NCBI RefSeq assembly: GCF_001194135.2
Contig: NC_068983.1
Location: 113,966,399 to 114,030,398 of the forward strand
DNA from: Octopus bimaculoides
Taxonomy: Eukaryota
Direction: 5' to 3'
Length of the DNA stretch: 64,000 nucleotides
Shown: piece by piece, positions 27,676 to 39,994 of the stretch
Layout: the number at the start of each line of letters is the position of its first letter
How positions within the stretch are numbered: the first letter of the stretch is position 1
The notes under the pieces: model-generated
Told to the model about the DNA's origin: nothing
Database searches by the model: none
What the model saw: only the letters and a program-made list of their open reading frames with translations
Translations under genes and position numbers: made by a program

Positions 27676-30600
27676 ATAATAATAATAATAATACAATTAA
27701 ACCTTGGGAGAGGCATTATGCCGGTAATAAACACATGCACTGGTTCAATCCTTTATTAATTTATATAGTTTTTTGTTAAATTATTTCATTGCACTCTTGC
27801 AATCTCTTCAGTAACTTGTCTCTCCACTTCCATTTATTTTGAATGTATGATCTGGCATTGTTTTGGCGTTGTTTCGAAACTGTTTGGTATGAGCATGTGA
27901 GTGTGTGCAAGCTCGTATGTGATACTCAAAATGTTTGTGGCACCAGAATTTGGTAGGGTAAAAACCAAAAACAAAATCAAGAGATTTGGTGAATTAAATT
28001 TGAAGAAAAGCAACAAAAATGTATGCTATAACCTAATACATTTTTGTTGCTTTTCTTCAAATATACTTGCATGTAGATATATCTGTGTATGCATTTACGA
28101 GGTGTATTCAAAAAGTACTCTAAATGTAACAGCCAGGAACTGACACAGCCTACCAGCACAAAAATGTTCATGCATGTGCAAGAAGGGTGGCATCACCTCC
28201 TACCCAAAGGATTTAGTTTAGAGTGGGAAAAAATAAAAGTTGGATACTTTTTGAACACACCTTGTATGTGTGTCATTGTTCAATTATTCCCTCTGTATTA
28301 ATGACCACATTTTCACATTTGTGAAAGAAAGCCGCTTGGTCTTTCATTTGTTCTTGAGACTTTGAAAGCATTCTGAGTATATAAATCAACTTGTCAGCTG
28401 GTCTCTCTATTTTCTTTTCATGTTTTTGTTTCTGACCTCACAGCAACAAGCACCAAATTTTCCTTGTGAGGAAAATTCCATTTAGATTTTGTTCATTTGT
28501 AATGTCACTTTTGTTATATTCTTTTTAATGTTAATTTGATCAAGCAGGCCTATGATCAAAGATGTTCCAGCCATAACTATCCAATGTATTTTTCATCAGT
28601 CATAATGTATCTGGGACTACCTTATCCACAATGGCTTTGTTTTTCTTTTTTTAACTATTGGGTATGCAATTTAAGGGAAGTTGGATTGCTATTTCTAGCA
28701 GGTTGTCTTGTTGACTCATCAATGTCAGCCATTTGACTGTATTAGGGAAGGCTAGAATTAAAAAAAGAAAAATTGGTAAATTTTGTTTTAGTCATGGCCC
28801 TTTTTATGGTCAGTTGTGAAAACTAGTATTATATCATCAAGTCATCATCATCATCGTTTAACGTTCGCTTTCCATGCTAGCATGGGTTGGACGATTTGAC
28901 TAAGGACTGGTGAAACCAGATGGCTACACCAGGCTCCAATCTGATTTGGCAGAGTTTCTACAGCTGGATGCCCTTCCTAACGCCAACCACTCAGAGAGTG
29001 TAGTGGGTGCTTTTACGTGTCACCCGCACGGAGGCCAGTCAGGCGGTACGACAAAATTCTTTTTCCCTGGATAACACAGTAATCCATCATCGGCAACATT
29101 CCAAGATAATCTGGTACCTATTATTGACAGGTAGAAAAACTGAGGCAACATACAATAAAATCATTTCTCTGAAACCCAGCATTGTCCATTCGACCAATTT
29201 ATCTCTTCTGATAGGTCAAGGTTGAAGCACAGCCATATATCATAATTACCACTACTCCAGCAACTTCTCATTAACACCATTATCTGACTAAATTCTATTT
29301 AAACTAAAAACCTGAGACTTGAAGCCTGAAACATGGAGTTAATTTATATTCTAGCATGCAGAAGTCTATTGTTTCTCATTTTTGTTTTTTTCTTAAGTTC
29401 CTGCTGACAGTCTATATATCACATTCTGCTATATTTTAGGGTTATTTTTTGCTGTAACTAAAGGAGGAAGGGCATTACTCATGACATTTTATTACAGGGC
29501 TTCCTTGAATGGAAGGGCACCACTAGTTCAAAAATTGTTGCATTAAGAAACAACATATCAAAAATGTCAAGTAATTCTCGGGTTGGAAATGCAGTCAAAA
29601 TAATTCCTTTCAGTGAACCCTCTCCAGCCAAGGCTCTGGTGGTGGTGGTGGTGGTGGTGGTGGTGGTGGTGGTATTAAATTTGGTGACAGATTAAGTCTA
29701 CCACATAAGAATGGGGACTGCTCATCCTTCAAGCTTCTGCACAGTTTCTGTCTACCTAATTTTACTCACAAGTCATTAGTTGACTCAAGGCTATGGTAAA
29801 AGACACTGGAACCATGTTGAGGTATCAAACCTAGTATCAAGTGACTGAGAAAAAATTTCTCGATCATATGACCACATAATGTTCAGTGGGGATTAATTTT
29901 ATAAATAACTAAAATAAATAAATAAATAAAATAAAACAAAATAAAATGCAAGTAGGGCAAATATTTTTATCCTATTATTTTTTTCCCCTATTGATTAATT
30001 ATTTATAGCATCAGATGTTTTACTCATGTTCATAAACTGATGATTGTTGCCAGTCAAACTGGTTTCTGCATATACTTTGGATGTTGGTTAGAACAATGAA
30101 GCAATCAAAAGAGACAAATTATTATTTATTTTTATGCTAGTTATATTATGGTTATTATTTTTCTAATTATTATTATCATGCTCATTACTATTGTCGTGCA
30201 TTAGCTGCATTTACATCATGAACTGTGTTGAACCTCTATAATAAAATTCAGCTATGTCAATGAAAAACTAATTAGCCTATTGTCTGCCCACTCCTTGAAG
30301 AGACACAGGAATGATATAAAAGAATATAATATACACACATACGGTGGTGAGCTGGTAGAATCGTTAGCACGTCAGGCGATATGCTTAACAGTATTTCGTC
30401 TGCCGCTACGTTCTGAGTTCAAATTCTGCCGAGGTTAGCTTTGCCTTTCATCCTTTCGGGGTCGATTAAATAAGTACCAGTTACACACTGGGGTTGATGT
30501 AATTGACTTAGTTTCTTTGTCTGTCCTAGTTTGTCCCCTTATGGGCAATAAAGAATTAGATATACACGCATACTGTATGTACCATGTAACAGATATAAGG

Positions 30601-33600
30601 TGGAAGAAATGATCATAAACTTCCATTGCTGCCCATCACCCAAAAATTTTCATCTGTTCCGACATTTATTCACGTGAAGGCACATGGCTTAGTGGTAAGG
30701 CTATTCAGCTCACAATCATAAGAACGTAAGTTCAATTCCTGGCAGTGTGGTGTGTCCTTGAGTAAGACACTTTATTTCATGTTGCTCCAGTCCACTCAGA
30801 TGGTCCACTCAGCTGGCAAAAATGAGTTGTATTTGTATTTCAGAGAGACAGTTTTATCACACTCTGTGTCATACTGAATCTCCCTGAGAACTATGTCAAA
30901 GGTGTGCATGTCTGTGGAGTGCTCAGCCACTTACACGTTAAGTTCACGAGCAAGCTATTCCATTAATTGGATCAACTGGAACCCTCGTTGTATCCGACGG
31001 AATGTGCCAGTTTATTTATTCATGTAATTTTTGTTTGTTTTTCCACATTGTTTCTTGCAAACCCAGAGATCATCATCATTTAATATCTGCCCTCCATTCT
31101 GGCATAAGTTGGATGGTTTGACAGGAGCATGCATCAGACTTCTGTATTTTTTTGACATGGTTTTTTTACAGCTGGATGGCCTTTCTTATGCCAACCACAC
31201 AGCAGAGTGGACAGATAGATCTGTAAAAAAATTGGGATATTTATATGAATCACTGGAGTAAATATATTTATTGCACACTACTCTTTACTAACTCTAGAAG
31301 CTAACAAGCTGTTTGTCTGTTTCAGAGTGCTATGTTGTGGTATGACTTATAAGTATCTGGACTGGAGCATTTCAAATTAACTTGTTTTAACTATAGACCT
31401 GTTACAGTACAACCAGCAAAATACAAGTTTCCTATCCATGGGCTTGTCGGTTGTTGTGGCCCCTATCCACTTAGCTGCCTGTTTGCATCCTTCCAGCATA
31501 CCTCTAAGACCTGGCAACTGACACTTTATAGACTTCTGTTCTATTAAGTAGTTCCATAGGTGCAGGCGTGACTGTGTGGTAAGAAACTTGCTTTCCAGCC
31601 ATGTGGTTCTGGGTTCAGTCCCACTGTATGACACCTTGGACAAGTGTTTCCTACTATAGCCTCGGACCAACCGAAGCCTTTGTAGACACATACATAAATG
31701 TATATATCTATGTGTGTGTGTGTTTTCATCCTTGTAACTTGGCAGTTCAGCAAAAGAGACTGACAGGATAAGTACTAGGCTGACGAAATAAGTCCTGGGG
31801 TCAATTTCTTCAACTAAAACCCTTCAAGGCAGTGCTCCAGCATGGCTGCAGTCAAATGACTGAAACAAGTAAAAGAGTAAGAGATGAAATTTTGATTAAA
31901 TTTTACCTTTGATCTTTTTATATGTGTCCTTCAATAAATGTTGGATAGGCAGAATTGTTTGTTGAACAGAATGCTTTGCGCTCTTTGTTTCTGGCCTTTT
32001 AGGTTCTGAGCTTATGTTGCCTGTCAACCTTCTAGGATTGATAAAATAAGTACCAACCAAATACTGGGGGTTGTTTTAAGTAACTAATGCTAGTGTCTCC
32101 TAAGCTTCTTCAAGCTGCAAGCAGAATCTTGAATGAGTCTTCATACTGTTTGCACTTTAAGGGCAGATGAGAATGTAAACCCTTGAAATTAAGCCTAAGT
32201 GGTGGGTTGGTAGGATTGTTAAAGTATCAAGCAAAATGCCACACAATATTTACTCTGACTCTTTATGTTCTTAGTTTAAGTCCTGCTGAGGTCAACTTTA
32301 CTTTTCATCCGTCTGTGGTCGATAATGTAACATATTTAATAAATGATTTCTCCATCCAAAATTTGTGGTTTTGTGCCTATGTAAAATATAATTTTCATCA
32401 TCATCATCATCATCATCATCGTTTAACGTCCGCTTTCCATGCTAGCATGGGTTGGATGATTTGACTGAGGACTGGTGGAACCCGATGGCTACACCAGGCT
32501 CCAATCTGATTTGGCAGAGTTTCTACAGCTCTATGCCTTTCCTAATGCCAACCACTCCGAGAATGTAGTGAGTCCTTTTACGTGCCACCGGCACGAAGGC
32601 CAGTCAGACGGTACTGGCAACAGCCGCGCTCAAAATGGTGTATTTTATGTGCCACCCGCACAAGGGCCAGTCCAGGGGCACTGGCAACGATCTCGCTCGA
32701 AAGTCCTTACACATACCGGGGGCACAAGTGCCAGAAAGGCGACAAATAAATGAATGAAAAAAGCAATGAGATGAGTATTGAACAAAATACTTTTTGGCAT
32801 TTAGGCATCCCATTACATTTTGAGTTTGATAAGATAAGTACCAGAGAAACAGGGAAATACTAGTTTTGATATAATCAAGTTTCTTTACCCATAAATTTGA
32901 TGCTTGTGTCTTGTGGTATTTAGATGCATCCTTTCAGTGAGGTCAATAAAATACATTCCAGTCAAGCACTGAGTTCTTTGACTACATCTTGTCTCCAAAA
33001 TTTGTGGCATTATTAATAACTTCAGAATTTACTACTACTGCTGTTGCAGTAAATTAGTAAAATCATTAGGGTACCAGGCAAAATGCCTTGGAATATTTAT
33101 TCTAACTTTTCGGCAGTGATCAGACAGAATTGTTAGCACACCAGGCAAATTGATTAGCAGCATTTTGTCTGTCTTTACATTCTGAGTTCAAATTCCACCA
33201 AGCTCGACTTTGCCTTTCATCCTTCTGGGGTCAATAAAATAGTGCCTGCTGAACTCTGGGGTCGATGTAATTGCATTACCCCCTCTCCTGGAATTGCTGG
33301 TCTTGTGCCAAAATTTGAGGTCAATATTTATTCTGGCCCTTTATGTTCTGGGTTCAAATTCTGCCACAATGTCAAATTTACCCTTTATGCCTCCAAGTCA
33401 AAAACATAAAGTACCTGTCAAGTACCTATGTTAATTAACCCTTTAATGTTCAGATTGCTCTGTCAAAAGTAATGCTAATGCATCCACATTGTTATGAATT
33501 AATCACATGTTATCTTGATGCTTCAAGGTTTTGTTAAAATGATTGTTTAATTTTAGAATGACATTATTGGATAGGTGTGAGAAGCTGGATCTGGCCAGTT

Positions 33601-33726
33601 TAAACATAAAACGAGGATTTCTGGGCTAGTTTAAATGCTAAAGGGTTAATCAACCAGCCCTTTGTTCCACCCACCATCTCACCCCAACATCTATCAGCCT
33701 TGTACCTTGTCTTAGGAATTATTATT

Positions 33727-33821
<95 letters not shown>

Positions 33822-34246
33822 TTAAGCAGTTTACTTCACAACTATGTGATTTCAGCTTTCTCCTTACATGGCACTGAGAGTAGATGTCTATTTCTAGAGG
33901 CACCTGCCGTAAGGTGGCTATAGTAATTGTTACCTCAAGGCTTTGTGAGTAAAATTGTCGGTAGGAACTGTACAAAGCTTGTGTGCGTGTACATGTTCCC
34001 CTAGTTTTGATAGTGAGTGTTGCATAAGCATGTATGCAGAATAATCAGTCACCATATAGACACTGCTTTTATTTACAACTGCTGTGATATGTCCAGCTCT
34101 CATATGAAAGACTGTAGCAAATATTGCCCTGCTAGGAAGCAAGTGAAGGCTGGTAACAGGAAAAGTGTCTGACCATAGAAAAATTACATCAATAACAAGA
34201 CTTGTCTGACCTATGCTAGGATAGGAAAGTGAATATTAAAATAATG

Positions 34247-34287
<41 letters not shown>

Positions 34288-35714
34288 GTTTTTTTTTCTT
34301 CCAGGAGTTTACAATTTCTGAAGATTATAATCGGATGACGCATGTCAGGGATTATCTTGGTAAGTTTGAAATCAAAGCCTGTTTTTCTTTAGTCGACAGT
34401 TAATAGGTATTCCAACTTTTAATAAATGTAATGTAATATTCCTTCATTAGACATAAAACTTCATCAGGTCGCTTTTGCAGTTTTACGTAATAGTAACAGA
34501 TACAGTTAATCATTATCTATAAAGTGTCTGTGCGATAATTTTCACTTAAAATCTATTTTTGTAAGTTGAAGCAGATGTTGTTAGTGGAGACTTAACTACA
34601 ATTACCTTTGCTGTATTAAGGAGCCAAGTAACTCTAGATAAGATCTATCGTTATTTAGCCCCAGGTTAATGTTGTTTGAGTAGGTTTATGATCAGAGATG
34701 TTCCACCTGTTACTATCCCATCTTTTTCAGCCCTGTATCCAATGTATCTGTGTTCATAGGTCAAAACTGATCTAGTGATAAATAACAAAATCATACCAGC
34801 CTACGTAGAACCATATTGGTGGTGATGATGGTTTTTGTGGTTGTTGTTTGTTTGTTCCAAGCCAGCTCTGATCAAGCAACCCTGTGAATATCCATTCCAG
34901 AAATGACCATCCTAATTTTTTTTAGAGATATTTAGGACTACGTTATCTAATGTCATTCTCTCATCTCATAAGATGGTGAGTTGTGATTTAAACAAGATTT
35001 AGATACTATTTCTATCAATTTAAGTGACCACATTGATTATAATTGATGGTTAAATATAGTGATATGTTATATAATGAGGCAGGCAAAATAAATCTGAGTT
35101 TTAGAATACTTAGTGGTGTTTGTTCTGGCTCTCTACACTCTGAGTACAAACCTCACTGATGTCAATCATACCTTTCATCTTTGCAAGGTCTGTAAAGTAC
35201 CAGTTAAGTACTAGGTTTAAATCTGATTCTCTCTCATACTACAGAATCGGCTTTGAAAATACTGGCACAACCCTCATACTGTCTGAAGTGCTAGAAAGAA
35301 TAGAAGACCCTACTGACATAGTTTATTCTCTTGATGTTGGAAAAGATACTCCCCCTTTAAAAGTTGGTGGTTTGCATGTAATGATGAATATAATGGAAAC
35401 AACAATAACCACAGCAATAGCATTGGTAAAGACTGTGTTGCATGTTTGCTTGTTAATTTATTTCAATACTACCGTTTTTTTCTTTTCTTCACGTAACAAA
35501 CATTTATTTACTTTTCCTTTTGCAGCCCATTTTGGTCGAGTAAATGCTATTATATTTTCATTGAGCTGTGAATGGGTCCTTAGCTGTGGCAGGGACCGCT
35601 ATTTCCAGTGGCATTGTTCAGAAACTGGTCGACGATTAGGAGGATATCAAGCCACTTCATGGTGCCTCTGCCTTGAGTATCCTTTAACACTTCTGGTTTA
35701 CAAATAATTTTATG

Positions 35715-35745
<31 letters not shown>

Positions 35746-38700
35746 TGTGCATGTATGTTTGCTAGGTATGTGTGTACATGCTTACTCGATGTACATGTGT
35801 GTGTATGTATTTGTTTACATACATAGATAAATATACACTTTGATGTCAAATTATATATATAATTTTAGATGTCCTACAAAATTTCAGGTCTTTTAATTAC
35901 TAATGTTAAACCATTAGAGATGAAGTTTTTCAAGCTCTGTTATCTTTACATTTATCCAGCAATTTCCTCTACATTTTCCATGGCTACATGGGCTACTCTT
36001 CAAAGTGCTTACTCTAGTGCTGCCCTTCATTACATGGGACCTCACTCTGTTGATTCACAACTGTTATGTCCTGAAACCACCCATCTTGTATAACAATATA
36101 TTGCAAAACCATGCCCTGTGGAGGTGCATGGCTTTATGGTTAGGGTACTGGACTCATGCTCGTAAGATTGTGGTTTTGATTCCCGGACCAGACGATGCGT
36201 TGTGTTCTTGAACAAAAGATTTCATTTCACATTACTCCAGTCCACTCCACTGACAAAAATGAGTAAAAATGTGATGGTCAGGCATCCTGTCCAGCTGAAG
36301 AATTTACATGTCATGGAAACCAGGAAACCGGCCCTTATGAGTCAGTGTGACTTGTGAAGGAAACTTAAAACTTAAAAGCCATGCCTTTCACTAGCTATTT
36401 TACTCTTGTCCATAAGCACCATATGCATCCAATGTATTTGCAATTCACCTAATCATCTCCAGAACTATACCATCTGAAATCACTTTGTTTTCTCAAGAAA
36501 AATGTTGCATTCCTTTGAAAAATGATGTGCACTTTGTGATATAATCAGTTACACATTTACCTGAATGCAAAAGATTTGAGGGCCAGTTCTTTATCTTAAT
36601 GGTTGCGGGCATGAGACATGTATTTCAGAAGCTTGCTTTTCAGTCCTGTTACTCTAGGTTTAATTCCATCATGTATACTTTGTCTTCTGCCTTTACTTTG
36701 GGTCAACCCAAAGTGAAATTGTGAGTGGAGTTGGACAGATGGACACTAGATAGAAGCCCATCAAACTGTATTTGTTTTTGAGTGCCAGACCTAAAATAAT
36801 TCTTGGTTTAATACCATAACTTGGCTATTTCATGATAAGCAGAGGGAGGAGATCTTCAGTTTGAGGATAACTTCATTTCCTGCAGCAGTAAATCATAAGT
36901 CATGATTCCTTCCATTCTTTACTGCACCACTCTTAGAAGTCTTGTGAAAAAAAGATCATGAATGCTGCTCTCCTTTTCTGACTATGCCAAAAAAAAAAAA
37001 AGGCAGGGGTGAGAAGTAGTGCCAACTCTACTCAGGCTGCAAAACATGCATTATCTTCTGCATCACCCGTGATATAAAATACCACCATTTGAGTCTGAGA
37101 TTCCAGTCTTTCCAAAGAAAAAGCAACTAATTCAAAACTAACCTCTATCCTATTATTTGTACACATATATGAAACAGAGAATCATCCAGAAAGCTACTTG
37201 TGATTAAAATTCTGTCCCCCATCTTTTTGCTTTTTCATTATTCACTTCAACAAGATGCTGAGCTGGCAGAATCATTAGCATGTCAGACAAAACGCTTAGT
37301 TGTGGCATTTCTTCTGACTCTGTACATTCTGAGTTCAAATACCACTGAGATCAACTTTATCTCTCATCCTTTTGAGGTCATTAAAATTAGTACCAGTGCA
37401 GCACTGGGGTGATGTAATCGACTTCACTCCCTCTGGGGGTGATGTAATCAACTTCACCCTTCCCTCAAGATTGCTGGCATTGTACCAAACATTAGTTAGA
37501 AAGAATTATTAAATTCAACATATATTAACTGAACTGTTAACCTCTGTGTTATCTCTTAACCAATCCACTTTGGATATGAAACCTAACTGCAAGTCATTGA
37601 CTCAGCTGATTATTTCTCTCAAGGATTATTAACACAGTGGTTTGCAGCAATCCATGAAACAATTTATTCTCCACCAACATTCACTCAGTCTCTTCCTTGG
37701 ATATGGGAGTAAGACAAAGATCATCCAACCTGCTAGAAAAAGCTGTTAAATCTCATATCACACCATATTGTCTTATATAGGACACATTGAATAATGTACT
37801 TTGTCAGAGAAAAAAAGACGAGATGGTTATGGCTTAAATTATCCAAATTGGGTGAACAAGCAAACTTGACTACAGACATTTATCACTTTAAATTTCTTTC
37901 TCTTTGGTGACCACTAGTGTGACTTCCATAGAGCCAGTTCTGCTGGGTGTCTAGCCCAATGACATGCCATCTTCTTATTTTGCCTTTTCTACTACAATGA
38001 CTTTTGTTCCTCAGATATACCTATTTGCTTATGACTCTCACCTAGTTACCACCATATCTCCATTACACCCAAGGGCCCTGTATTAATCTTTTGCATTCTT
38101 TCCTTCCTTCACATGATCATACCAACACAGAATATCAACCATCTGGAATTCCTTTTTCCTCACATTGCTGTCACTTTACAGATATATTCAAATCAAAAAC
38201 CAACTGCAACAGTCTCAGCAGTCAAGCAAAGTCCATGACTCTCGTCCTATTTCTCATGACTGAACCATTAAATAATGGATGTTTCTTTTGTAGTGTATCT
38301 ACTTCATCATTTCATTTATTTGTAGTATCATATAGGCTTCTTATTCCTTCTCATTTGTATTTTAATATCATTGCCTCTTTCTCCATCTCTTTGATTTCTC
38401 TCTCTGTTGCCCTTTCATCCTACCAATATACTGATATCCATATATAGTTAATGTTTATCCACTCACCCCGCTTTCTTACTTTTCTTCACATTTGCATCTA
38501 CACACAAACATATATTGTTTCTTGTTATCTGACTTAAATTACATTCTAACATTATCCTTTAACCAAGCTTTGAATAAAAGCTTTTGAGATAATCTTTGAC
38601 CTTTCAGTTCACTTGCTATTCATAATGAGAATAAAATATTCCATTGTGATAACTAATTTATTTTTCTTAACCATTGTTAAGATTTGATGAGCAATCAAAA

Positions 38701-39958
38701 TATGCCTTTGTTGGAGATTATTCTGGACACATATCTGTGTTAAAAGTTAAAAACAACTGTTTTGATTTAATTACTACTTTCAAGGGACATTCAGGTGAGT
38801 AATCATCTCTCTAACTCACTCACTCATTCACTTCTGCCACTCTTCCTTCGAGTAATTACCATCTGTTTATTGAGCTAAATTGTAGAGTTTGTAAACAATT
38901 TAAACAGGCGCTTCTCAAGGTAGGATGCATGCTACACTGCTAGAGAGCAGCAATATTTTGATGTGACGTTTGTTACTTTGCAATGAAGTATAAGTAACAA
39001 ATGAATAAAGCTTACAATAAAGTTCTAACTTAAACTTATTTTGAATATATATGTACAGAAAATAGGCTCCATCAAATGTCAGGGGTGAAAGCTAGAAGTA
39101 ATTAATAGCTTCTGTTATCTAGGTGACCAAGCTAGTAGCGGAGGTGGATGCTCTGAGAGCATAGCTGCTAGAATAACAATAGGTTGGGCAAAGTTCAGAG
39201 AGCTCCTACTTCTGTTGGTAACAAAGGGCCTCTCCCTCAGAGTGAAAGGCTGATTGTATGATGCTTGTGTGCAAACAGCCATGCTACACGACAGTGAAAC
39301 ATGGCCTGTGACTGTAGAGAAAATATGAAGGCTTGAAAGAAATTAGGCTAGTATGCTTTGCTGGATGTGTAATGTCAGTGGGTATGTACAACAGAGTGTA
39401 CGCACCTTGAGAGAAAAGTTGGGCATAAAAGGCATTAGATGCAGTGTGCAAGAGGGACAACTGTTTTGGTATGGTCATGTGATGCATATGGACGAGAGCA
39501 GCTGTGTAAAGAAGTGCCAATCTCTAACTGTGGAGGGAAGACATGGGACAAGGTGGTGAAGCATGGTCTTCAAAATGACAAGTGACTGAGACCTTTGGCA
39601 ATGTGCCATGGTTGAGAAGACCTATGAAGCCAAGTGAAATCATAGTGGTGGCTGGTGCCGGTATCATGTAACTGGCACCCTTCAAATATTAGGTTTCGTG
39701 GAGGCAATAAGTGACTGAGACCTTTGGTGATAAGCTGTGCTTGAGAAGACCTGTCAGGCCAAGTAAAACAATATTCATGGCTGATGTCAGTGTCATGTAA
39801 AAAGCACCCATTACATTCTTGGAGTAGTTGGCATTAGGAAGGGCATCCAGGTGTAAAAACCATGCCAAATTAGAATGGAACCTGGTGCAGCCCTCCAGCT
39901 TACCAGTTTCAATCAAACTGTCTTACCCATGCCAGCATGGAAAGCAGATGCTAAATGA

Positions 39959-39994
<36 letters not shown>

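Noticed and set aside
35159-35707. 182-aa ORF, the longest in the track
   Set aside because: It is WDFY2 exon 5 plus chance intronic read-through; only 35526-35676 has homology and splice signals.
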